DNA of 64,000 nucleotides from Lama guanicoe (taxonomy: Eukaryota), in NCBI GenBank assembly GCA_013239625.1, contig MU055549.1, forward strand, positions 372,001 to 436,000. Reading direction: 5' to 3'. Positions 11,481 to 23,390 of the stretch are shown here, one piece after another. Position numbers and translations under genes: made by a program. The notes below the pieces were generated by a model. The model was not told where the DNA came from, made no database searches, and worked only from the letters and a program-made list of their open reading frames with translations. How positions within the stretch are numbered: the stretch's first letter is position 1; each line of letters opens with the position of its first letter.

Positions 11481-14052
11481 GAGGGCGGGCAGGACGGGGA
11501 AACGGGGTGGGGCAAAGGTGGGGTGCTGCCTTGACGGCCCCCCAGGAGGAGTGCGGCCAAGGCCAGGGGCCGGTTGTGCGTCTAACTCGTCACGGGCTTC
11601 CGGCCTCCAGCAGACGGGGGAGGGGGGCGGCAGCTGCACAGCCCTCTCCCCGGGACTCCCACACCCCAGCAGTCGCCCCCGGGACTCCCACACCCCAGCA
11701 GTCGTCCCCAGGACTCCTCTGGTGCTCATCCGCCCCTGTGAGGAAGCCAAGGAGCCCTAGCTCCGCAGGCCCCGCTCACCTGCGCCCCTGCCGGCTCCAC
11801 CCCAGCGATGCTGGCGTGGATCGTGAAGCTCTTCCGCCACCCACCTCCACCCCCCACCCCCGGATAGGCTCGTGGACCCGCACAGCTACTTCCCCACCTG
11901 CAGCGCAGACCAGAAGCTCAGCAGCTGGAGCGTCCTCAGCAGGCAGGGCTGGGCCCGGCGGACTGCTGCCCGCAGAGCCGTGCAGGCTTTGTGCTCCCTG
12001 CCTTTTCCGCGGGGGCCCCCACTTCTCGCGCTGGGGCCCCTTCCCCTCAAGGCTGGCCTGGGGCAGCCTCCCCGAGCCCTTCCCAGCCTCTGGGACAAGT
12101 TCTCAGGTTGCTCCTCTGCTGTGGGTTCCCCTGACTCTTCGTCCAGTTCCTGTTCACTGGAACTTCACCATCAACCTGGGGCTCCGGGGCGCCCCACCAG
12201 GAGCTTGAGACCTGCTCACCAGGGCGTCAGTCCTGCCCTCTGACTGTGCGTCCAGCCCCTGCTGACCACAGCTCCCACCCACTCACTCATGCATAGCTCT
12301 GGGTGGCAGACTCTACTCAGGCACAGCAGACATGGCAGTAAGTGGGCCCTGGCCTTCATGGAGCTGTGAGTCTAGGGGGAAGACAAATCCACCAGGAGGT
12401 GGACCCAGTGTCAGTTGTGAGGGAGCATGAAGGACAACAAGGCAGGACCTGTGAGGAAGTGACAGTGAGCACAGCGAGGTGGGGGTGACCTACAGGGTGG
12501 GGAGGGAGACCCTGAGTCCCTGAGGCTGGGCAGAGAGGGGCACTCAGAGCCACTGAGGGTCCTCAGAGGGCAGTGTCTGGGGGGACCATGCTTGGCAGGG
12601 TCCAGGCCCAGCAGGTTCCGATGGGACTCGCTTCGGAGAGCTGCCAGGGAAGAGGAGATTGGGGGAGGTGGAGGCAGGGGAGGCAGCTGCTCTGACCCCC
12701 AGAGGCGGGAGGGTGGCAGCTGCAGGCAGACGTGCTGAGGTCAGACCCCTGCACTTTGGAGGTGAATCAGCCGGACTTCCTCACAGAGCAGAGCCTGACT
12801 CAGGCAGGAAGAGAAGTTTTCTACCCAGAGTCCCTGGGACACGCGTCAGGGAGGTGGTGGCCCAGGCTAGGACTCGCTTGGCCTGAAGGTACTGGGCGCC
12901 TGTGTTCTGTGATCCCTGGTGGGGTGGCCAGGAACAAGATGGCCACTGGGCCTTGATGGGGACGGGCACAGAGGCCCCCAGGCCAGCATCTCCCCACAGA
13001 GGCTCTGAGGGCTGCACCCCCGATTCCTCTGCAGGAAAGTCTTCCACAAGCTACGTGTCTGAGTCTCTGAGGAAGATATCCGAAAGGTGGCGGCCAACAC
13101 GCCTGGGGCCGTTGAGCCCATCTGTGTGCCCTGAGGGAGAAGGTGGAGGCCACCCCCAACCACACGGACCTGGCTGGACGTGAGACAGCAGTCGGAAGCC
13201 TTGGAACCCGCTGCGTTTGGACGTGGTCTTGTTACCTGCCCATGAGAGAGTAAAACCAGGAAATGAATGGGGAAGAAGCCCCTGGGGCCCAGACTGCAGC
13301 AAAATCCTTGGCTGTGCCCCTGCGAGCCCAGTTCTGGGTCCCTTCCCAGCCCGACCCACCTGCTCTCCTTTTCAGAAGTGCTCCCCACTCTGCATCCTCC
13401 GCTTACCATCTCCCCAACCTCGTCCATCCCAGGGAGACGTGGGCAGGCATGTTGGCTACAAGCAGGGAGTCAGCCCCCCTTGGCCGCCTCTTACCGTGCA
13501 ACTTTTGAAACCTTCGCAGGAGCCAGGACCCTCCAGCACTGATGCTGATGGGCCCAGGGTGGGACTCACCACCCCTGCACACACTGTTAGTATCCTGACC
13601 CCTGAAGGGAGGGCAGGCCTCCCATGAGGGCAGGGCCTCGCTCAGAGAGAGCCCTGACTGCCCCCCTGGACAAATGGGGGCCTGCGGCCCTGTCCACAGG
13701 CCCCACTGTGTGCTGCAGCCAGGCCAGGCCCTTCTGGCGCCAGAGGCTCTGAGCTGATGTATCCATGTGTCTTGCAGGCCTGCTGAGCCCCTCAGCACCC
13801 TCCAGGGCAGAGACCCTTTGGAGTCAGAGGGCTCCGGAGAAGATGGGCCACTGTGCGTGCGGCGGGTGGGCCTCCATCTCAAACACCCTACCATCCTAGC
13901 CCTGCCTCTGCTGGCCTGCTGGCCTGAGGGCCCAGTGTTTGCCTTTCAGTCAGGGCCCAGCTGGTGAGCCCTGGCAGCACCTGGACCCTCAGCTGCAGCA
14001 GCTCCTGGAGGAAAAGGAGCAGGCACTGGCCGTTCTGCAGGAGATGGTCAAG
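11154..14052 (+). pseudogene. SPEF1L: SPEF1-like (sperm flagellar protein 1-like; CH domain + coiled coil) disabled gene
   Basis: Exon remnants: 11154-11279 LYAWLDALPLRRRKRHLARDFS; 11806-11942 MLAWIVKLFR..RLVDPHSYFPTCSADQKLSSWSVLSR; from 13035 KVFHKLRV*VSEEDIRKVAANTPGAVEPI/CALREKVE; ~13961-14052 LQQLLEEKEQALAVLQEMVK|gt. All resemble SPEF1 motifs. Lesions: no in-frame ATG, lost exon-1 donor, ~25-nt frameshifting insertion, in-frame TGA, 1-nt deletion. Confidence 0.85.
11648..11717. repeat. 29-bp tandem repeat, ~2.3 copies
   Basis: gggactcccacaccccagcagtcg at 11652 and 11681, partial copy at 11710. Confidence 0.9.
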
Positions 14053-17000
14053 GTACAGCCCTGGGCCCCCAGGCAGCTCGGACTCATACGCAGCGAGGCA
14101 GTGGGTGTGGCAGGCAGCGTCCCTGACCAGGGAGAGCCCACATCTAGTCATATTGTTTGGAAAGTAATTTAACTGTGGGATATTCTAAAGGCACCTAGAA
14201 GCAGAAGCGAGTGTAGTGGACCCCAACCCTTACAAACCATCCAACCTCGCCAGTTACCAGGCCCTGGGGCCCCGTTCCAGGGGCTGCAGACTCGCACCCA
14301 GATGTGCTGGACACCAGGCCCAGGGGCCGTGGGGCCAGGTCAGGGAGCAGAAGGCCCCTCCCCAAGGTGCACGCCTGGTCCTCTGCTCCTTCTCGGGGGT
14401 CTCCAGCATTCCTGGGTTCAGGGTGTGCTCAGTTCCCTTCAGTGCCTTTCAGTGACCACCGTGTGCTCCCCCAGCCCCCACGGGAGCACCAGCTGCGCTG
14501 AGGACAGTGGGGGTGGGGGCGGGGGTGCAGGCCACCCCAGTCGGGCCTTGGGGTCAAAGAGCCGCCAGGAGTTGTGGTGACAGCGAGGTTCCTGAGGTGT
14601 GCGGATCTTGCGCTGCTTTCCTGCGGAAGCAGGAAAGTGGCGTCATGGTGTGGTTTGCATCTGCCGAGGGACGGCGGGGAGGAAGCGCTGACGGGCAGCG
14701 GGCAGCGAGCTGCTGCCTCAGCAGGGTCCCGGCAGCCCCTCACACCCACGGCGAAGCTCTGGCCCCTGTGCCGATAGAGGGAGTCTTGGCCGCAGTGACC
14801 TGAGCAGCAGGGTTGGGCTGGGCGGGTCCAGTAACTACGCGCAGCACTGCGCCATCTGCGGATGCCCAGGGCCGGCTCTGAGGTTACAGGCGGGCTTTCG
14901 GCCTGTTGTGGGGTCGGTGCCTCTGACCTCCCCATCCCCTGCCCCTCGTTGTTCAAGGGTCAGCTGTGTTTTATTTTATGAAACTCGGAGAGGAAAACAG
15001 CTCATCTGCTGTTTAAAGTGGTGACGCAGTTGAGTGCCGTTTCCAGGACTGTCACTGAAGTAAGACGGTGTGAGGTGAAGCAGACACCCCGGGGGCCTAG
15101 GTGTGCAGGGGCCAAAGCCATCTGTGTCAACGGAAAGTCCACCCCAGTGGCCAGCGCCTGCCCAGCGAGCCACCTTGGGGCGCCCCTGCCCTCTTCAGCT
15201 CGTCGCCCGGGAGAGGGCACTGGGGACGGGTGCGGCCCGGCCAAGGGTGGTGTGGACGGCCCTGTGAGGTGGTGGCTCGCTGGGTTGAGCAGATCCCCGC
15301 CACCCAGGGTTCACGGAGGGGTCATCTGCTGAGACGCTGACCCCTGCCTCGGCCAGCGGGAGCTGTGTCCTCAGGTGGAGTGTGGCCACCACACAGTTTG
15401 GGAGAGGAGGAGCTTTTTCGAAGCTGTTTTCTTTTCTCACCTGCGGGAGTGTGGCTGGGTCTGTGCCTCCAGCAAGGGAAGGCTGGTGCGCGGCCGTCCT
15501 CGAGGGAGGCGGCTCGGGGGGCCCGGCGGCTGTGCCGCGTCTCGGGCTGACAGGCCCTGTCCGCCCCACCTGACCCTCACTCTTCTCACTTTTTCCTCCT
15601 ACAAGTGAGCCCCACACATGGTGTGGATGTGGTCAGGATGCCCCAGGTGCTGAGGTGGGCGGGGCAGGGCCGGGGGTGTGTCCTGCTGGCTTCTGTTTCC
15701 TGACGTCCGGCCTCCCTGCTCCTGCATCCAGAGTGGGAGGCTGGGGTCCCCCAGAGCCTTGGTCCTACCGCCCCCTCCCCCTGACTCACTACCCAGTCCT
15801 GTGTTCCCGGACTCCCTGCAGGCTTTCAGGAAGCAGCGACAGGGTTTCAGAGCTGCCTGCAGCTGAGTCAGCCCACGTCCTCCCTGAGTCAGACACGCGG
15901 TCGGGGCTCCTGCCCCTGCACCCCCACAGCACAGGTCGGGGCTGTAAGACTCAGGGCAGGGCGGGGTCCGAGCCCTTTTGGAGAGAATTGGGATTGAGGT
16001 GCCTTAGAAACATGACCGAGGCAGAGGATCTGCTCTCCTGGCCAGGAGACACGTTTCAACTCATTGATCAAGAAGGCTCCAAGCGCTGAGAGGGCAGGGG
16101 TGGCGTCCAGGAGGGGAGCGGGTCCCAGGAGAGCCCTCAGCTGCCTTCCGTGGGCCTGGAAGGGGCTGTCTCTGAGGTCCCTGTGCACTGCCTCCTGGAG
16201 GGCAGCGCATCCCCAGGGATGGCAGGCGGGTATGTACCTGCCCCTGGAGCCAGGAGCCGCAGGACCCGCGGCGTGGGTGTCGGGGAGGGGCGTCCAGACT
16301 CTGCCAGCTGTGGGAATCTGGGCTACAAGCAGCCCCAGCTGGCTCCTGGTGTCAGGCACGGGAAGACCCACCCAGAGGTGGGCTCCCACAGCCCAGAGCT
16401 CATGGTGTCCCATAGCTGGGGAAGGGCCTGGCCCAGAGCCCGAGCCAGGACAGGCCTGGCAGCTTCAGACCCCAGACCTGGCCCTGCCCAGCAGAGCTGC
16501 CTGCCACCAGGGTGTGGTGGGGGGCTCTTGTGGCCTCCCTCTACCTCGGAGGTGCAGCACTGGTGCTCCAGGGCCCGACACGCACACGTGTGAGGCTGCT
16601 TGGTCCTTCCTTGAAGAAGGAGGCTGCTGTGCGTGTGTGCGCACGTGAGTGTGTGCATGCCTGCCCGTGTGCATGGCATGCCCGCGTGTGTGCTTACCAG
16701 TGGAGGTGGCCGTGGGTCTGGCCCCAGAGGCTGGGCGTTGGAGTGGAGACAGAATAGAGCTTGGGAAATGCAGCCAGGGGCAGTTGCCGCCCTGGTAGGG
16801 ATCTGCTCCCTACAGGGACACGGGAACACGTGCTGAGCCTCAGGTGCCCGGAGGCAGGGGCCGCTCCCAGGTAATGGGCACCAGACCTGAACACACCCCA
16901 GATGCAGACCCCTGCTCGCTGGCCTGGGGATGAGCCCTTGGCCCTACTCCAGCTTTGAGGGGCTTCAGCTGGGGGCTGGGGGCAGGGGCTGACCTGAGGC

Positions 17001-18449
17001 CAGGGCCCCAAGGCAGGGAGACCTCAGGAGGGGCTGTGACCAACCCCCACCCCACCCCACCCCTCCCCAGCTGGAAGCTCTGTGCCACCAGCAGGGGCAG
17101 GGATGCGCGGGCATCAGGCCGGCTCTCCGGAGGGCCTGAGTCAGTGGCCCTAGATGCGGCCCCCACCCTGCACGGCGGGTCTGGTGGGTTTTGAATCCTG
17201 CTGGGCTGTGGACAGAGCTGACTCAGGCCTGGGACCCTGGGGAGAAGCAGGAAGCAGGACTGGTGGCCGGCCGTGCCCCTCCGGACGGTGTTGGACCCTG
17301 GGATCCGTGGGGGGAGGAGGCTTCTCCCCGCCCATGCCCAGGCTTGCCCTTGGCCAGCAGGGACCCAAGGCTGGACCTCAAGGAGGGTTCCTTGGGGGCT
17401 CCCTCTGCCAGTGACCCTGGAGGCCCATGACATCCCACACGCAGGCTACATCCCCTCCGTGGGGCTGGGGGCTGAGAGCCAAGCCCAGGAGCTGTCCAGG
17501 GCGCCCCCTGTGGGACTCCAGGCCTGTGGGGAGGGGGAGGGGGCGCACACTGGAGCCGCCCAGGGAGAGCAGGCCACCTGAGCCTGCTCAGGCCCTCCCC
17601 CTCCGGGTGTGGCATCTTGGGGTGTCAGTGGAGGCTGTGGGGGTGCTCGGGGCAGTGTGTGCCCCGGGCTGCAGAGCTGGGGTGCCCTTGGGGCCTGTAC
17701 AAACGTGACAAGTGGACCGTGGGGGTGCAGCCATGGGGGTCCCCACCCCGCCCAGGTTTTCCTGACCTCTTGATCAGGCCAGCACTACCTCAGACCCAAA
17801 AGGCTTCTGGATCCTTCTCTAAGGAGGGAGGACCCCCGCACAGTGCAGGCCACAGGGTGCTCCCCTGGGGACAGACTCACTGGGTCTTAGACCCTGCACT
17901 CCAGGCCCTGGGGGTGCTCACTGCCTGCAGGCTTCTGGGCGGACTGAAGGGCCCAACAGGCCCCAGCCACAGGAGGGCCCCACTACTGAGGGTGAAGGCA
18001 CGTGGCTCCCCTGCACCCCTGGGCAGTGGGCTCAGGCCTGGGTCTCCAACCCTGCCAGGACAAGGACATTAGGAGACGTTCTGTCAGCTGCAGTTCTGAG
18101 AAGCCATGCTGACGTGGCCATGACTCTACTGAGGGGGAGACCAGGCCTGGAGGCTCAGGGGGGACAGACGAGGGGCCAGGCCAGCGCGTCCCATGCCCCG
18201 GAACCATGTGCTCTGCTTAAGTGTCTGCCTTTTCCTGAGGTGGCCGGACGCAGAGGACGCCCAGGCTCAGAGCCCCTGGGAGCCCATCAGACTCCCCAGG
18301 CCACCGCCTCTGACATGGAAAGTGCTGAACCACGTGAGCGGCCACGAGAGGGGTCCCTGCGTCCAGAGGTGAAGGCAGAGCAAGGGGCTCCAGGCGGGTC
18401 TGAGTGCAGAAGCCCTGATGCAGGAAAACACGTGGGGCCAGAGGAGGGC

Positions 18450-18936
18450 TGTGTCTCAGGGCTGGGCTGGGTCCCTGGGACGTGCCCCACCAAGTGTGGG
18501 TCCTTGGCTTCACGCAGGAAAGAATTGAAGAGGGAGCCAAAAGCAGATTTATTTAGAGGTACGTACTGCACAGAGTGCAGGCTGTTTTAGAAAGGCCACG
18601 AGGTGTGGGGGTTGGGTGCTCAGGCTAACATGCCAGCGAGTGGGGGGACCATTCTGTCTGCCCTGGGGAAGGGGCTAGCTTCCCAGGAATTGCGCCACCG
18701 CCCGCTCCTCGACACTTTATGGTCAGCCTCGCCGCTGTCATGGCACCTGTGGGAGCGTCATTTGCCATGTTAATACACTACAATGAGCGTGTAATGAAGC
18801 TCAAGGTCTCCTGGAAGTCAAACCTCCCGCCATCTCAATCCTCAAGGCCTACTGGGGGTTGAACCTTCCACCATTTTGGTGTTAATTGCTGTCATTCCTT
18901 GAATGGCTGCGCCCTGCCCCCTTCCCTCCAGTCTCA
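18450..18936 (-). mobile_element. solo ERV (probably ERV1-class) LTR
   Basis: minus strand begins TGAGACTGGAGGGAAGGGGCAGGG and ends ...CA, ~490 bp, internal AATAAA (plus tttatt 18548-18553); no clean TSD seen. Confidence 0.65.
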
Positions 18937-21900
18937 CTGAGGGCCAGGATTCCTTTCTCTTGCAGCTCAAGGCTCTTCCTCAGGAGTCAGCCTCCAGGAG
19001 AGCCTGAGGCCACCCCGACCCATTCTTGTCACTCGCCACCAGCCCCTCCCCGTTGCTGGCATCGGGCTCCAGTTAGTGTCTGGTTTTCGGTCAGGTCACT
19101 CCAGCGTCCTCCTGCTGTAAACCATGCGGCAAAGAAACAGTCCCCTGGGAATGAACAGGGTTTAAGAAGCGTCAGCCTGCCCTCCCCGGTCCAGGAAGCA
19201 GACGCGACGCTCATTTGGGTCTCCAGCCGGGGGTTCGTGTGGCAGATCCTCCTGCACGTGGTAAATATTTCATAACAATTTAAAAACATTTTTAAGGGGA
19301 AAACCTTGGGAGGCACAGAGGTGTGAACGTGAGCTGGTGATTAGAAACCCACTGGGCCAGCAAGTGAGTGTGTGGGGCTGGCGGGTCCCACACCTCGTGC
19401 ACCAGCTCCACCCGCTCGCCGGGAGGCTGTGATCAGTGGGGAGCCTGGACTACTCACTTCCTCCTTAGTAAACGGGAAAGCAAACGTGCCCACAGGCGGC
19501 GGCACCCTGCCACCACCCTCGAAGCCCCACCGGGTTGGCCCAAGGGTGCCCCCACGTGGCCAGGGCAGAAATCATACCTCCTGCTCCTTAAAAATTGGCA
19601 ACCCACAGTGATGCAGGCTGATAACTAACTACCTGGCGTCTGGCAAGGCCTTCCTTGCGACCTTTCTGCCCCAGAAGGACTTGAGGGCTTCACGCAAATT
19701 CCCACGCCAGCCAGAAACCTTCCAGGCCTCCAGCCACCTGACTGAGGGCAGGCAGTGCTCTGGCTGTGATGCGAGCCCCAGTGTAGGCAGCAAACACGGA
19801 AACACACGCGGTCTCCACCCCGTGGGAGCCCTCGGCCCCCCTACCACTGCCCCCACTGCCACCCCTTCGCCAGCTCGTCTTTGCACATTGGTTTTCATGA
19901 GTGTTGTGTTTTGAGTGAGTGAGAGAGGCTGGGGAGGCACTGACCACGTCCGGGCCAGACACAGCGCTGCTGTGGACGTGCCTCAAAGGGCTCCAGGCTG
20001 AGGTGGCCCAGGACTCCCACGTGACTCCAGCTACAGCAGGAAAGTCCCTTCCGCCCGGCCGTGTGGGGCCAGGCTGACCTGCGGGGAAGCACCACCCCCA
20101 CTGGCGGCTCCGTGTCCTGCGCAGCACAGGCCCTCCAGCGGCCAGGAGCTCAGAGAGCAGGATGAATAGGGGAGCCGCGGGGCCCGGGTGGGAGCCTGAC
20201 GTTTGAGAGTGGGGGCCACGGAAGCCCGCCAAGCCTGACTCTGGAGTAAAGGTGTGAAGAAATGAGGGGCTGGTGGTTCAGACAGAGGAGCAGCCGGTGC
20301 ATAGGCTCTGGGCAGAGAGCCAGGGCGGAGGGCTCCCCACCCAGGACTGCGGGTGGGCTAGGGAGTCACCAAGGGGCTTCCCCTGGGGGAGAAGGAGGGG
20401 GCTGGGCAGGTCACCCTTGCCCCAGTGCTGAGGAGACCGGGCGACAGGGAGGCCCCCCATAGCCTCGCGGGACGAGGGCCGGGACAGAGCAGAGCAGATC
20501 TGAGAAGTGGGTTCTGGGCACACTGTGAAGGCAGAGCCAGCGAACAGGCGTCCTGGGCATGGCTGATGAAGCACTTCAGAATTCCAGAAAAGAGGGCGGG
20601 TGGGTGTCCAACCAGCAGCCAAGCTCCCTGGGCTGTCAGAGGCTGTTTCTGAGCTGGAAGGGGCACCAATGTGTGCTCCTTGGGCAGTCAAAGTATCTTC
20701 TTCGTGTGGTCAATATTTTGTAACACCCAAGACACATTTTTCAGGGGAAAACACCCTGGATGCACAGGAGGTGTGAAAAGTGGACTGACAAAAGATTAGG
20801 AGCTGGTGGCCAGGTGGCCAGACCACCTGCTTCTGTAAAACTGACTTGAAGGTTTACGTGGAACAGCCTGTTAGCTCAAAGCTTTGAGTGAGTTGACTGA
20901 AATTATTTAAAAGCACTAAGAATGCACGGGAAAGGACACAGGAGCACACTTGGACAAGGATTCTCCCTCCAGTGACCGCGCCCTGAGGCGGGTGGGCCCT
21001 CGGAGCACCCCTGGGCGGGGCCCGCTGCCTGCCCTCCACCATAGGGCGGGACCTCTCTCGGCCTCAAACCCTGCCTGCCTACCAGCCTCGGGGCTTGTGG
21101 AAGGGACGTGGCTAACATGTAGAAAGTAGTAGAAAGATGCCCGGAAAAGAGGCAGGTGGAAAACAGCTACGTGACCGCCTTTGGGGGCAGAGCCGTCACA
21201 CTTGTAGTCGCTCTGTGCTGTTCTGTAATTGGGGAAAATGAGAATAGTGGTTCTAACACGCTTGCCTGTGAGATGCAGTCTTGCTGCTGGTTCCCGTGTG
21301 TCCTCGAAATCCTTCTCCGTTGTGGACTCTGAAAAGGATACACTCGTTAAGAGAGACTCCCTCTTGGCCACCAGCTGTGCCTCACCCACCAGGAAAAGTG
21401 GAACCACTAGCCAGGAGAGGGTTGTGGGGGGTCAGAGGCCAGAGCAGCCCTGGCCTCACCCCAGGGGAGGCGTGGGGACCCCAGGCCCAGACCCCTCTGT
21501 GCTCCACCCACTGCATGTTCGGGGGGTTTGTGTGTGTCCCTGTCCCTCCCTCACAGTGTAACAGGCCACACGTGAGATGAAGTAGAACCTGCTCTCTGTG
21601 GCCCGACTCCATCCCTCAAGCGAGCCGGGAGGCCAAGGAGGGCAGGCAGGGGAAATGCAGGATGAGGGTAGGCTGTGGCGTGACTGGGCAGCCCCACAGT
21701 GTCATCACCTGGACCGTTGGCCCTGGGGCACCCTGGCCCTGTGTGCAGCCAGGCTGGGCCACTGGCCAGTGGGTGCCCAGCCCTCCCTGGGCTCTCAGAG
21801 GAAAGCCCACCCTCTCAGGAGAGACCAAGTGGCCCTCGCTGCCCCCTGCCCCCCCTTCCCCTCTGCAAGGCCGCCACCCCAAACCCGCAGGCCCTCACAC

Positions 21901-23296
21901 ACACACATGCGTGCACACTCAGCCCCCAGGGCTCCCACTTTGTCCGGCCTGGGTCTCGTCTGAGATCCAAGGCTGCCTGGAGAAGGAGGGTCTCAGGCCT
22001 CCCTCCCACACGGTCCTCCGCCCTGGCAGCCACGACAGGTCAGCCCCAGCCCAGCCCGTCCACAGATTCAGGGTCCACTCAGCCTCCCCCGCCCTCCCCC
22101 AGGTCGGGGCAGTGAGTCCCGTGGGCTGCTTGTGCCCCCACAGCACCCACCCACCCAGCCAGGCCATGCGGCTTCTCCGTCAACCAGGAGAGTGGGAAGG
22201 GGTCCCTGGGAGGCACCTGGAGCTGAGAGGGTGTTGGTTCTGGCCCTGGCCGGCCCAGGTCCTTGGGCAGCGAGACTCTCCCTGTAGATCTGGGCCTTGG
22301 TTTCCTCCTCAGCGAAGTGGGGGCAGGCTGGTGGAGGCAGGACGTGACCTGTGCCCCTCAGCACTCGCAACCCTGGACTGACCCCACCCAGGTCTCTACT
22401 GAGGGTCCTCCGGAAGCTGCGGGGACCCCCAGGGGCCTTGGGTCAGGGACGCTGAGCCGGCCTGAGGAGAGGCATCTTCCCCAGGGGTCATCAGGCTGAG
22501 GACGCAGAAGACCATGGGGCCGGGGGCAGCTACCGAGGGGAGAGGCCTGAGAGTGACTGGCCCCTCCCCAAACCCAAGGCCCAGCCCTCACTGGGGCCTT
22601 CAGTGAGAAAGAGACCTCCACCCCAAGTTGTTGGCAGTGGTGACCGTGCTGGGGCCAAGGCCAGGGGCTGGGGACCTGGGCTGAGCCTGGGGTCTGACCC
22701 AGGGGGAGTGGGCACGTGTTTGCACGCATTCCCAGCTCTGGGCCAGGTGCTATGCCAGCTCAGCAGTCTGGACAAGGTGGCCACAGTCCTCCCTCGGGTC
22801 GGGGTGCCCTGGGAAGGGCCATCCACGCCGTGGCCTTGGAGGGTGGAAGAACGTTCCCTTGGCGGGGGAGGGCCCCGGATACACCCGGAGAGGAGAAAGA
22901 AAACATCATAAGCCAAGATTATCTCCCCGGCGAGGGAGTCACAGAGGCGCAGCCTTGAAACTCTGACGCAGAGGGAAGGTCCCAGGCCCTGCTTAACTCC
23001 TTGCTGCCCCTCCGGCCTCTCCCGCTGGCCCGCCAGACCCTCAGAGCTGCTAACTCCCTGCACGGCCCAGCCTGTGCCCCGTCTTGGGGACCCAGCACCC
23101 ACCCAGCTTCCCACGGGCCCAGGGTTGCAGGGGCCTCTGCCCACGTCACGCTGGTCACGAGCCTGCCCGGCTCAGGATCTGGACTCCAGAAGCCCCGTGC
23201 CCTGAAGTCTCCAGGGGCCGCCCGCCGGGATCTTGGCCCGGACCTGGGTCCTGTCACCTGCCTCTTCAAGCCCACGCCCCCTCCACACACAGGGTG

Positions 23297-23390
23297 TAGG
23301 GACACCAGATTTAGAAATTAAAATTCAGGACACCCAGTTAAAGTCCAGTTTCAGATAAACTTCACAATTTGTACCATGGCCGTGTCCCCC
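23297..23390 (+). mobile_element. MER53-like hAT MITE fragment (left arm)
   Basis: tagggacaccagatttagaaattaaaattcaggacacccagttaaagtccagtttcagataaac resembles the MER53 left arm as recalled. Confidence 0.65.

Noticed and set aside
11648-11717. CRISPR-like repeat array
   Set aside because: Head-to-tail 29-bp minisatellite without spacers, in eukaryotic DNA.
11024-12208. 394-aa ORF on +
   Set aside because: Pro/Arg/Gly/Ala-rich chance ORF across a CpG island with a non-ATG start. The SPEF1-like homology lies in other frames.
13510-13870. Possible low-complexity middle exons of the SPEF1-like pseudogene
   Set aside because: Acceptor-like sites near 13518 and 13777 exist, but I cannot verify homology in this poorly conserved linker.
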